Assembly: GCA_964016885.1 (NCBI GenBank)
Contig: OZ024742.1
Location: 266,848,001 to 266,912,000 of the forward strand
DNA: 64,000 nt
Reading direction: 5' to 3'
Origin: Eledone cirrhosa
Lineage: Eukaryota
Shown: positions 13,791 through 27,374 of the stretch, in pieces
How positions within the stretch are numbered: position 1 is the stretch's first letter
Layout of the letters: each line of letters begins with the position of its first letter
Notes under the pieces: model-generated
Told to the model about the DNA's origin: nothing
The model's database searches: none
What the model saw: only the letters and a program-made list of their open reading frames with translations
Position numbers and translations under genes: made by a program

Positions 13791-13792
13791 GA

Positions 13793-13837
<45 letters not shown>

Positions 13838-13841
13838 TACA

Positions 13842-13886
<45 letters not shown>

Positions 13887-14098
13887 CATCTATCAGCTTG
13901 TCAACACAAAATATCAATAAAATTAAGGCAGATATATTACTGTAGAAGTGGGAAAAAATCCATGCAATTTCAAAATCCCGAATATATCTCTTAAGGCAGA
14001 GCAGTTTCACATGCACATGCACATGCACATGCACATACACACATACACGGACACACACACGGACACGCACACCCACGCATACACACATATATATAGAG

Positions 14099-14157
<59 letters not shown>

Positions 14158-14646
14158 CACACACACACACATATATATACATATATACATATATAGATAC
14201 AATTCAACGAACGTATATAATTACAGTCATACATATATATCTATATATACTGACACAAAAATGCAACAGTATATACATAAAAAATACAATAACTTTTTGA
14301 TAAATCGAGTTTTAAGATGTAATAAATTATTGTAGTATCGCTTCAAAGAACATGTCAAGCGTATACATATATCAATGGACAATTTGGAGGAATATATATA
14401 TATATTCTAATGATTCAAAATATAGATTTGGTTTTCATTTGAGGCTCGTTGGGAGTAGAATTAAAGCAACCCCCCCCCCACACACACATACAGACAGACA
14501 GACACACACACATACACACACAAACACACACAAACACACACACTCACTCACTCACTCACACACACTCACTCACACACACACATATATATATATGTGTATA
14601 TATATTTATCCATATATATGTATATATATACATATACATGTATATG

Positions 14647-14696
<50 letters not shown>

Positions 14697-14754
14697 CATG
14701 TATATGTATATATATATATATACATATATATATAAATTGGTTATAAATTGGTAT

Positions 14755-14910
14755 AAATAAATTGGTTACATGTGCATCTTTAGTTGGACAAGTGAAACAA
14801 TAGTTTGTATATATTTGCAGCATTTATGCATTTATTCGCATCAACACACTAACACATTTACAAGCATACACAGATAAATACATACACACACACACATATA
14901 TATATATAAA

Positions 14911-14963
<53 letters not shown>

Positions 14964-15114
14964 TTGTGTGTGTGTGTGTGTGTGTGTGTATTTATCTGTG
15001 TATGCTTGTAAACGTGTTAGTGTGTTGATGCGAATAAATGTATAAATGCTGGAAATATATACAAACTATTGTTTCACATGTCCAACTAAAGATGCACACG
15101 TAACCAATTTATTT
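14755..15114. repeat. Inverted repeat (~140 bp arms) around a (CA)/(TA)/(TG) microsatellite
   Basis: aaataaattggttacatgtgcatctttagttgg...cagataaata versus tatttatctg...ccaactaaagatgcacacgtaaccaatttattt, a few mismatches. Confidence 0.9.
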
Positions 15115-15459
15115 ATTATTTTATGTATATATGTATGTATATATACATGTTAGGATGCATCTGCAGATCTGTCACTATATTGCGTTCACTTTCTATGTAT
15201 AAATATGCATGTATATGCACCTTCATATGTTTGTGTGTGAGTGTTTAAGTTATGTAAAGGCGAATGCCGTTGAATCGTATATCAACGAAGTTGCTCTATA
15301 TTTATCTGTGCTTATGTGAATTTAGAGAGAGAAATGTTCAAGACTGTACTGGCTTCATCTCTTCCTAGGAAGATATCACTGACGGTCAGGTCGGGAAACA
15401 TGGAAAATTACATCAAGAATAGATTATCTTTTACGCACACACACACACGCACAAATTCA

Positions 15460-15533
<74 letters not shown>

Positions 15534-15765
15534 TATATATATATATGTATGATGTATGTATATATATATATATACATGTATATAAATGTAAAAACATGAT
15601 ATAATAGAGTAATAGAGGTGTTGAGGAAGGCATATACAGTGGTTATGTTTAATAAACACAATTCCTTTGGTTTGAATATTTTAAGCCGTGATCATGTCAC
15701 AACCATCTTACTAACCGATGAGAATGTTAAACACGTTATCTGTCATCGGTGACACATTTGTCACA

Positions 15766-15818
<53 letters not shown>

Positions 15819-15829
15819 AATTTTGAGTA

Positions 15830-16440
15830 TATGTTGGTTGTATACCAACACCTCAGTATGCAGATTGGAGCACTCGACGAAATGCGCAGGTTCGTTTGGT
15901 TACTCCGGAGTAATGTTAAATAAACTAAAATAAATAAGTCAAATATTTAAAATTTGGCTTCGTTTATTACTGGTATATATATTTCGGTGACAGCCATCTT
16001 TGGCTGTGACCTCTTCAGGCAGTCCGAATTAGTGTGGTAGGGACGAGTACACATGTTGTTGAGGTGTTTAACTTTGTCAATACTCTGATATGCTGGGTTG
16101 TTATTTCACTGAGGAACTGGAATCATATGAATTTAAGCAAACGAATTTCAGCGTCAAAGGACATCTTCTCCCCCCATTGGTCAGTTGTGAGAACATTCCT
16201 CAGTCAAAAGTCTATAAAAATTCGTTCTGAGGCGAGGCAATCTGTAGTGGTTGTTCTTATTATTGTTAAGTACATCTGACCTCTACTCTTATGTTGGTAG
16301 TGGTGTTGGTGTTAGAGTTTATCATTTTTTTTAGTAGAACACTGGTGGGTTATATCTGCAGAAGTAGAGCACTCAGTCCATTGGACGAGTTTAGTAGAAG
16401 TATTTAAACCGAGCTGATGATCCGTTTGAGGTGAAAGAAA
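15830..16440 (-). mobile_element. Decayed Penelope-like 3' fragment with terminal repeat
   Basis: Minus-strand hammerhead core, AATAAA and tcgagtgctc motif, ending at TA/CA microsatellite; same architecture as the other PLE ends. Confidence 0.55.
15969..16023 (-). ncRNA. Type I minimal hammerhead ribozyme
   Basis: Minus strand: actgc CTGAAGA ggtcacagcca-aaga-tggctgtcacc GAAA tatata TA ccagt. Intact core, 10/11 bp stem II, palindromic stem III, stem I with one mismatch. Confidence 0.75.
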
Positions 16441-16477
16441 TTGTTCTTTCATTCAGTCTGTCTATCAGATAGACAGA

Positions 16478-16906
<429 letters not shown>

Positions 16907-16912
16907 ATTATT

Positions 16913-17022
16913 TAATATAGAAATGGCTTCTACATGACTAGAACTATTTTATCCTCAGGGCATTACTGATGATTTCACAAGAATGAGACAGTTCTATTCC
17001 AGTAGAAGCCATTTCTATATTA
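16913..17022. repeat. Short fold-back PLE-terminus remnant
   Basis: taatatagaaatggcttctac / gtagaagccatttctatatta arms; internal ctgatga...gagacagttc resembles a decayed hammerhead; gagtacc motif downstream. Confidence 0.6.
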
Positions 17023-18164
17023 CATTATGATTTTTACTCTCTACTAATATTTTGAGTACCTTTTAAACTATGATAACCCCCGCTTTTACACGGAATCTAT
17101 ACACACACACACACACACACACGCGCGCGCGCGTGTCATACAAACATATGACAGCCAAGATTATTTCAAAGCTCAAATGGGATTTTATAGTCCACGGCAG
17201 TAGTTTTATAATTTTACATTATCAGCCAGCAAACATATAAATAACTAAAAATAACCAGGATTAAATCAAATTAAATCATTTAATTGATTGACCACCGTTT
17301 CATTCCTGCTATATTGCTTTCCTCAGAATTCAATTAATAACATAAATATTTACTAATATATCTCCATAATATTTCAAGTCAGAAAACGAAACGAAATTCA
17401 AAATACAGTTGGGAGAAAGTTGAAATTTTATGGAAGACTAAATACACAATTAAAAATGTATTAGTAATAAAGATATAAAGTGCATAAATATTTCGCAATT
17501 AAGCTCATCTTTCAGATAATTCACGTTGTGACCATCATCCTGAAGTTGAAAAACATACTCGTGATTGGCTCATGTTTTTTGAGGTTGGGGTGAGAAGCCT
17601 GTAGACAATGATTCTTTTGCAAATCTAACGTGGTAAACAAAACAATTGTTCAGAAAATCATAATCCAATGAATCTCAATTCATCTTAGCGTGTTTTTTAA
17701 TTTGAGGAGATGATCACAAAATGTTGAAATTTGTCGATAATCTGTAAGAAAGCTCAGAACGACATAGGTGATTCTTTCTAACCGTTTAGAATCTCCCCGC
17801 CCAAGACCCTTGTCACAATATCAAGAGAAAAATTTTAACCTGAAAATGTCCGTGTGTTTGACTTTTGATTGACTATGCCATTAACAGAAAGACCAAAATT
17901 AAGTTGAGTACATTCATCTTCATCTATTTTCTTTTCAAGTTTAAGCTATAAATTATGCGTAACTCACTTTACAATCAGTCTAATTAGAAAAAAAAAAACA
18001 CCCAATATATTTGCTTTCCAGAATTAAATTTCAATTTCAGTATTGCACTAGGGATATCTACGTATTTGTTACTGAAACATTATTTTCGTTAATTCTAAAT
18101 GAATTCAAAATCGAATAACCAATAATTTTCTGTTTTCTCAATTTTATTTTACAAAATTTGAAAG

Positions 18165-18416
<252 letters not shown>

Positions 18417-18620
18417 CGAGAAAATAAATTAAATTAAATTTCGTTTAGGTAGATCAAATCAAATATGTCAGGTGTATGCGCTAACAAAATAAGTATTGAA
18501 CATTGCTTACCAAATATTTTTCTCGACGTGTTCCTTGTAGTGCGTATCATAGGTATCTAGTTTAAAAGGTCATGGTGTAATTTCTAAGGAGAAGATCACA
18601 GTGTATTTATAAGTATAATT

Positions 18621-19007
18621 ATGGTACCAAGAAAACAGCAAGAACTCGGTAAGAAGAAGTGGTCAGAAGGAGAAATTTATTGAGTGTTCAATCTTTAACA
18701 TATGTTTCTGTACAATTACATAACAGTCTACATATGCTGCCTGCATGGTCTAACGCTCAATAGTATGTAGTACGTTTTAATAATTATTGCGCTTCACCAG
18801 AAAATAATTAACAGATAGGAATAGAAAAGAAATTGTTATAGTGCAATGCGAGCGCGCCGCTTACGATTGAGCATTGGACTATGTATTCAGAGCATGTAGA
18901 CGGTTATGTAATTTTACAGAAACATATGTTAAAGATTGAACACTCAATAAATGTCTACTTCTGACTATTTCTTCCTGCCTAGTTCTTTCTATTTTTCCAG
19001 GCACCAT
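18621..19007. repeat. Diverged fold-back element (~150 bp arms)
   Basis: tttattgagtgttcaatctttaacatatgtttctgta versus tacagaaacatatgttaaagattgaacactcaataaa, extending outward with mismatches; GAAA-catatg-TT resembles a hammerhead 3' half. Confidence 0.8.
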
Positions 19008-19042
19008 ACTTTTGCGTTTGGTGTTCTTAAATAGCGATGTTT

Positions 19043-19580
19043 ATATGAATGTACGTATTGTATATTTAATAATATACTGTATGTTTAAATACATTTTGAA
19101 GGCCTTTCGATAGTAATATAAGGTAGTGACTAACGTCACGTACCTTGCTTCAGTAAAAGAACAAAGGGAAATAAGCGACGATCGATTTTCACCATTTAGT
19201 GGTTGCCAAGGCAAGATATCCCTTTGCCTTTGCTGTAAGTTATAGAAGCTGGATTCTTCTAGAATTCCGATTATGTTTATGTACTGTTGAAGCTAATTTA
19301 CATACAGACCGGTTGCCGACGCAGCATTAATTAGAAATTTGGTGTTCCGAAATAGTGATGAGCACCAACGCAAATTTCTAAATACTGAAGTGGCAAATGG
19401 ATATATAGCCTTGATAACCACTAAAAAGTGAGAAACAATCGTCGGTTATTTCCATTTGTTTTTGTTGAAGATAGGTATATGACGTTTGTCACCACCGTAA
19501 TCTTATAGCGAAAGACCTTCAAAATGTTTTAAAATAAAAAATACAGTATATTAATAAATATACAATACGTACGTTCATAT
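19043..19580. repeat. Diverged fold-back element (~190 bp arms)
   Basis: atatgaatgtacgtattgtatattt...tttgcc versus ggcaaa...aaatatacaatacgtacgttcatat. Confidence 0.8.
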
Positions 19581-19619
19581 GTATACCACTATTTCAGAGC
19601 ACGAACACAAATAAATACA

Positions 19620-19739
<120 letters not shown>

Positions 19740-19892
19740 GTATAATAAACAATACAATATAATTACCTCATTACCAGAGGTTTCCCGTAAGTACCAGAGC
19801 TAAATTTAATGTATAATAAACTTACCTCTGGTACTTACATAGAGCACTCTTCACTCCTATGACTTTTTCAATTTTCAACGGAAACTTCAATA

Positions 19893-19954
<62 letters not shown>

Positions 19955-20258
19955 TATATATATATAAAAGATATAACTTTATAACATCACCTTCATTTCA
20001 TTATATTTATTTCGGGGATGCAAACATGTATGTTATGTATATATGTATGTGTGTGTATATATATGTGTGTATATATGTTTAAATATTGTGTGTATATGTA
20101 CATGTATGTATATGTACGCGTATGTGTGTATGTATGCATATATATATATATGCGTATGTGCGTGTATGTATATGAATGTATGTATATATATATATATATT
20201 TATATATATACATACATGCGTATGTGCGTGTATGTATATGAATGTATGTATGTATATA

Positions 20259-20376
<118 letters not shown>

Positions 20377-20401
20377 TATATACATATATACATATATACA
20401 T

Positions 20402-20698
20402 AAGTAAGTAATGTAATGGTGAGAATATTAAAGAATTGTTATAGGATATAGGCTGGTGCATTGGTATACACTTAAGCCAGGATATGTTATATACAACTAT
20501 GTATATATTAATTCAAAATATTAATAAATGTAGACATTCACGTCATCAAAATATATTTTAATATATATATTTCGGAGGTACTCTGCTGTTTTTTTCAGTA
20601 ACTCCAGAAAACTTTCTTTGTTGAGTGCTTCTAATCTATTGTAAAACTATATTAATTGATTAATCAATGAACCTTGTCATATATATATATATATTTGG

Positions 20699-20792
<94 letters not shown>

Positions 20793-21009
20793 GTGTGCGC
20801 GTGTGTGTGTGTGTGCGTGTGCGTGTCTGTATTCGTATATATGTGTACGCGTGGGTATGCATTTATGCGAGCATGGGCGCTAACATGTGCATATGTGCGA
20901 ATGCACACGTGTATAAGTATACATAGTTTTATATAACATATCCTGGCTTAAGTGTATACCTATGCACCAGCCTATAACAATTCTTCAATATTTTCACCAT
21001 TACTTACTT
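20402..21009. repeat. Inverted repeat (~100 bp arms) enclosing (TA)n/(TG)n tracts
   Basis: aagtaagtaatg...ggctggtgca.tggtatacacttaagccaggatatgttatata (20402-20504) versus its reverse complement at 20918-21009. Confidence 0.88.
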
Positions 21010-22799
21010 TTACTATTGTTAATAACTCTGTCATTTGCGTTTAATAGTTCTATTTACATGATTCTGAAAATTCGGAGCTGGAAATCGTTCTGTTAATCTA
21101 AATAGAATATTAGTCTAATGATTTTTTTTTATAGCATAAATGTGTTTTTGTCTTTGCAAGAAATTGTTATTCTCGCTCCACATAACGACGTAATTATCCT
21201 CGCATATGTTTCGTCCATCGCCAGGGAACGTCTTCACGAACCAACGTATCGTCTTCCTGTTTTCCTTCGGTTGTAACGTTTTTTGAAATATGTACTTCTG
21301 CGTATACAGATTGATTTTTCTCAGTTTCAGAAGATCCCGTTAAGGGTGAAAGCAGCAATTCTTTACTTAAACTTTAATATCTTCTTATAATTTATATATA
21401 TATATACAATATTAGTAAAAAATCATGGTTATCAACTTACATTCATTCCTTTATTTCCATGTTCGTTTCAATACGGTTACAAAGGTACATGTACTTGCAG
21501 AACAACTGGAAATGTTAGTGTCAATAAGTGATGAGTTATTTCTTAATTTAAGTACCAGCGAAAGTTTTATTGTGTCTTTTGTGGTTATGAAAACGGAAGA
21601 GGAAAGGAAATGCTGGAAATTAATAGTTAATTATTAACTACACTATACATATTATCTACATCTCGCATATTCTCAGGAAATTATTTAGAACAAAAATAAG
21701 GTGAACCGCTAATGTTTCAAGAACAAAACAAATATAAAAATAGTTAGCGTAGAGGAAGCATATTATGTATATAAAATAAACATATGTATATGGAATTCTT
21801 TTAAAAAACCGTGCAAGACTATAGGTTGAGTTACAATTCCCATGTCATTACAATTTATTATATTATTAGTGTGTTATCTATTGTGTGACATTACAGGAGT
21901 GGAAACTTATCTAATAGTAATAAGTTTGGTTTATGTACTATTTGTTTATTCAGAATGTTGTTATCATTTTTCTTTATATAAATGGAATAAAAGTTTGTTA
22001 TTATGTTGTAAGAAATGTTCATAAGAAGCAGGGGTAGGTGCAGAGAGGTCCGGTTCAAATACTAAAGCAGTATTTGTTTCTAGTTGGTTTGGCAGTATTA
22101 ATGAGCTGTTTATTTATTCCACATTTTAAAAGGATAAAACTATTTGTCTTTATGTTATAACTCTACTATTAGTAGATCGGTATGTTTGTATTCTGGTGGG
22201 GTTTATTCTGTTTATGTCGCTTGTTAAAAGATTGTCGTTATTCACTATGTATTTCTTCTCATAAACATACATAAATGAATGTATATACCCACAGATCCAT
22301 ATCTATGCGTGTGGATACAAAAATACCAACCCATACATTTACAGTTAAATATATATAGACAAATTCTTTTATAAATATAAGGTTATCGGCGCATATATAC
22401 TCATACAGATATATGTATCGACATATATTATCAAAAATATTATAGATGTAACGTAATTATAATCAGACCTAATCTAATGTATAATACAATTTTGTTTTAC
22501 GATACTTATACAGTAATAATTGTTTTTACTGGGGTATTTTATAAATACCATTTAAAGCCCCCATCGAGCTATGATATGCCTGTATACATACATAAAATAC
22601 CTACAGATACATAGAAAGAAAAATAATATATATATATACTTCGTATTTGTATTCGTTTTGCAAGATGTCTTATCTGAAAACGTTTGTTGAAACAGATATT
22701 GTTATACTTTCGGAGGGTCATGATGCCAATGACCCACCCACCCTAAAAAAAACCAACAAAAAACACGCGCACCTGTGGGTTTTCACTTCAATTTATTAC

Positions 22800-23480
22800 A
22801 AATTTCTAGTTGGTTTGTTTAATACCTGGATGGTTGTTTATTCATTCTCAAAGCTCTTTCGTCACACATTCTCTGACCTCCTCAGTGACTAATTTGCTAT
22901 TTTGTGTCCTTTGTTCTGTCCTACACCATCTTGTGTTTGTGAACTCTGTGCTGTGTACATGGTTTGCACACGAGTTACATCCGGGTGTGTGTGTTTTTAT
23001 TTATTCATATGTTTATTTACTTGTCACTAGTTGGTTGCTTGTTCTGTCTGTGTATGTGTGGTTTCTTTTATTAATTTGGTTCTTGTGTGTCGCTATATGC
23101 CTTTAACTTGTCCTTAATTAGTTTGGTTCTAGCGCGTCTTTGTAGCTCTCTATCTTGTCCTTACTAGGGATGCTGTTGCTATTCCACTCATGTTTCTTTT
23201 TTAATGTTAGTTGAAGTTCGGTTATATTTGTCGCTTCTGTAATCTGTCGGAGTATTGCGTCGTTTCTGTGCGTGGATACAAGTTTTATTTCTATATTCTC
23301 TAGTGTGCCTACATGTTCCATTTTGGCTTGCTGGCGGAGTATTGGTGAGTTCTTCTCATCTTGCAGTTCTCGCCAGTGTTCATTTAAACTTTCTCCTATG
23401 CTACGAGCTGTCTCACCTAAGTGAGTTGTGTTCTTATTCCTACACTGTACCTCAGAAAATATGCTATATACTACCTTCCT
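22800..23480 (-). mobile_element. Penelope-like 3' fragment (end of GIY-YIG domain)
   Basis: Minus-strand RSIGESLNEH...ENIEIKLVSTHRNDAILRQITEATNI...KKKHEWN parallels the C-terminus of the element at 1-1780. Confidence 0.7.
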
Positions 23481-23890
23481 AGTGTTACAGTTACTCAGAG
23501 AGAGTAGAATTTGAGCTTTTTTTTAGACGAGTTCGGTAATCAAGGCCTGTCATGCCGTCTATCCTTTTTGTGAATGACTTTTATGATGTTTCAATTTTCA
23601 TAATACTTTGTTTCGTTTGGGCAGACAAGAGTGGATAACAATATTCAAGGTGGAGCAGTGCAAAAGTAGAGGAGAGAAGGATATTGATGTGGATATCTCT
23701 CAACTGGAAAGTTCTTAGAATCAAGGAACACACCTGTGGGACAAAGTTATGTTGTTACAAACAATTATTCCCATGTCTCTGATGTTGTTGGATGCCTCGA
23801 GAGTTTCACCCGAAGGAAGGGAGTATGGGAGTCTCAGTGCATCCTCTTTTCCAAAGTGGATTAGTTCTAATTTATCTCCATACAGCAGCA
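23480..23890 (-). mobile_element. CR1/L2-type LINE fragment (post-RT region)
   Basis: Minus-strand peptides DKLELIHFG, IRDMGII, HLEYCYPL and RLKKLKFYSL resemble CR1-group C-termini. Confidence 0.65.
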
Positions 23891-23994
23891 TATTGTGTTT
23901 TCCTGCACATTGTGTTTTCCTACACATTCAGAAGATCCCGTTAAGGGTGAAAGCAGCGATTCTTTGCTTAAACTTTAATCTGTTATTTTAATAA

Positions 23995-24027
<33 letters not shown>

Positions 24028-24999
24028 ATTATATATTCGTGTACAGATATTTTTGCATACACAATAAAAAAATATAAACAAACGTATTTATTTCACGAGG
24101 CTCGATAAGGATAAATATATATCAAATATATAAGAACCCTAGAGCAAATCCCGAGCAACGCTGGGCCATTCTACTATTTTATGTATAAACGTACATATAA
24201 CAGTCAAGCATTAATTGAATTGGTATCCAATACATGATGCAGATTATATATATTTTGTTAAGTAAACCGGGCAAGGACTCCAAAGTCTTGGCTGTGTTCC
24301 CGCTTCAGGTATGAACTAAAGTTTTGAAGTATCATGTGTGTGTATAAATTTTAAATTTATTTACATGCGTACGTTTATTACACATATGCAGCCACATTGT
24401 ATAAATAGAGCCTGTGACGAGACAACATGCCTCTTACCGTAGAATGAACTGAAAAGCGATTTTGTTAGATTCAAGAGTTAATGTGAGAGAACAATGCTAC
24501 ACACGGGAAAACGCCGATTTCAATATTTATCAATGCACTCGATATCAGCCTGTTTACTGACGAATTGAGAAACCATTGGCCGAGATAAATGATATATGTA
24601 TTTACATTCATACCTTTGATAAGCATACACTTAGCCTCACTGAGTAAATAGAATATAATGCTTCTTGGGAAGTATTTTAGATAATTAACACACAGTAAAT
24701 GAGTGAAATCATAATATATTTAGAAAGCAGCTTTACGCTTTTTCTCTGTAGAACGGAAATAGGTAGACACATTTCATTGATCGATAAAATCATGCAAACC
24801 TAGTCCAGCTGTTCTCAGCTTTGTTCTGTTTAGAGATCATTGAGGGCTAGCAAAAGGCCTATTCACACAGCGAAACTAAATGTGTTGATTAAACGTACAT
24901 ATGAAAATTTCAACAATGTAGTATTGCTACAACACGGTTGGAATTGAACATTTGGTCTATGAGCGAGTAATTCAATAATCTATCCAATTAATGCAACAG

Positions 25000-26420
25000 A
25001 ATCATTAGTGACAAGGACAATGTTTTGTGGTAGTTGATTCGGCTCTCTGCGCTCTGTGTTCAAATTCCATCGGAGTAAACGTTAATTTTTATTCTTGTAG
25101 GTGCGATAAAATAAAGTAACAGTCAAGGGCGGTGAATTGGTGGAATTATTAGAACATCAGATGCTTAACAGCAATTTTTCTAGGCCTTGCATTCTGAATC
25201 CTACCGTAGCCTATTTGGCTGGTGAACATAATACGTCACACAGCTTAACATCACCACTTAGCTCATCGGTGACATTAGCCGAGTCCGACATATTGCAAGC
25301 ATTCCTACCGGGTCTCCAGTTTAAGATACCTGTCTCCCTTCCTCCAATTTCGGAAAACCTGGAAAAATAAAGGATTATAGTCGTTGGGCTTCTTATCATG
25401 ACTAAACTGTAAAATGAAAAAAAAAAGAAAAGAAAAAATACAACAACTAACACAAGACCAACAATGCAGTTTTCACGTATTCGCTAGAAATAATAGTCAA
25501 GTTTATATGCTAGAAAAATAAGGCAGTGAATAATGGGGCCCTAGATTGCCTGAGCAGAGGAAAACACTGGATAGTCATTGCTACAGCTAAACTACTACAG
25601 CAACAACATCAACGGCAACTATATCAACCACAACAATAAAAAAAACTTAGAAAGAAATAAGATTACCAGTTCAAATTCATAAAGTAAATTGATTATCAGG
25701 TATCTTTAGATCGATATTATTCTCCCCATTCCAATATCTCTGCAGATATAATGAGCTTTGTGAAAACACAATTGTTAGAAATATGAATAGAATTGCCATT
25801 TTCGTTACAGATTTGATAAGGCTACTGCTGCTAGATCTGTTGTTGTTGATATTGTTAAAGTTGATATGTTTTTGTTCATGTGGTTGACATGGTTTTATTT
25901 TTTTAAATATTCATTTTCCCCAATTCACGTGTGGTTTTTATTAGACAATTGGAATGAATATTTAAGAGAAAGTAGATAACGTTGGGTTGATAGAATTGTT
26001 AGATCATTTGTGAAATGGTTTGCGGTACTTGTTTCGACTATTTGCGTTTTGAATTCAAATCAAGCCGTGGTAAAATGTGTCTTTCATCCTTCTGATGTTG
26101 ATAAATATTCAATCATAAACAGCGTTGATTTAATCGTCTTTTCCTACCCCCACGTTGCTAGCCTTATGCCTAAATTAGAAACCATTAAAGGCAGAGGATT
26201 GTCAGAATCGTTAGAGCTTTGAAACAATATGCTTTGCGTCATATAGTTACGGCTCTTTACGTTTGGATTTCAAACTCCACCGGGATTAGCTTTGCCTTTC
26301 ATCCTTTCGGGATCGATAAAATAAAGTGACAGTAGCATACTGAGGTCGATTTAAACGTCTTTCTCCTTCCCTTTAAATTGCTTACATAGGGCCAAATGTA
26401 GAAACAATTATTATTAATTA
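25000..26420 (+). mobile_element. Cluster of decayed SINE copies (approx. 25000-25210, 26000-26190, 26190-26420)
   Basis: ggcggtgaattgg head, ttcaaa B-box, tttgcctttcatcctttcgggatcgataaaataaag core and agaaac(c/a)att 3' ends. Confidence 0.65.
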
Positions 26421-27114
26421 TTAATTCTTCCTACTCAGCTTCCAATAATTATTTTCATTGATTCTCCTATATTTACGTAATTTAGAATGAAATAATTGAT
26501 GCACCACGAAGCCGTTCAATTGACAGAAAGAAACGTAATAGTGGAGGTGTAAATGTATTTAGTTATACCCTACTAGAAACGAGAGTTAAAAATGCCATAC
26601 AATTTATGAATTGTATGTATTAAATGTAATGAGTGACATGAGTCTGTTCTGCGATAAACCCTACGAGGAATTCAGTGATTTAGTCAATACAAAGCTCAGC
26701 ACGTATCAAAATTTCAAGGCTAAATAGAAACGATGTCAAACAATGTCATACATTTGATACATCCATTAGCCATGTGCAGACTTGAACTGCATTTAGACAT
26801 GCACAGAGACAGAAACACACACTATGGCACACACACATACACACATGCACACACACGCACAGACACACACACACATATATATATATATGCATATATATAT
26901 ATTAAGGAACAGGAACGTAGTATCAGTATAACATTTATATGTTTATTCATGTGCGACGCACATTTTCCGATCGATCAGCTCAAAATACAATAGGTTGCAA
27001 GTTTAGATTCAGTTGGGTTGTCATGTATTTCATTGGATTTGATTGGTGTAATAGAAAGTGCTCAAATTGGTGAACCACTAGGAAATAGACGTTAGACACC
27101 AATAAACCCTCCCC

Positions 27115-27156
<42 letters not shown>

Positions 27157-27157
<1 letters not shown>

Positions 27158-27372
27158 CACGAGGGTAAATAAAAAATATCCGCCCTTTTGCCATAATATA
27201 TTATTAGGCTCGACACACTGCCTTCTGTTAATGCATGCTTGTAGTTGGTACTACTGTGGACACGTAATCAAAGTTCGAGTTTGATCGCGTGAATATTCTT
27301 GTTTCTGAAACAGTTTAAACATGCCCGCTCCGCTAGCTGTGTGCACCAAGGAGGAACAAAAAGCAGTGATCC
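27157..27372 (+). mobile_element. Mariner 5' end (TIR plus transposase start), truncated by a LINE
   Basis: cgagggtaaataaaaaatatccg TIR-like sequence after (TA)n; tgcaccaaggaggaacaaaaagcagtgatc = CTKEEQKAVI. Confidence 0.6.
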
Positions 27373-27374
27373 AA

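Noticed and set aside
24149-24180. Helitron-like 3' hairpin (cccgagcaacgctggg...ctactat)
   Set aside because: No intact CTAG end and no identifiable 5' end; too short to support.
21655-25900. Several AG...GT candidates for additional host exons
   Set aside because: No recognisable protein motif or convincing open frame with matching phases.
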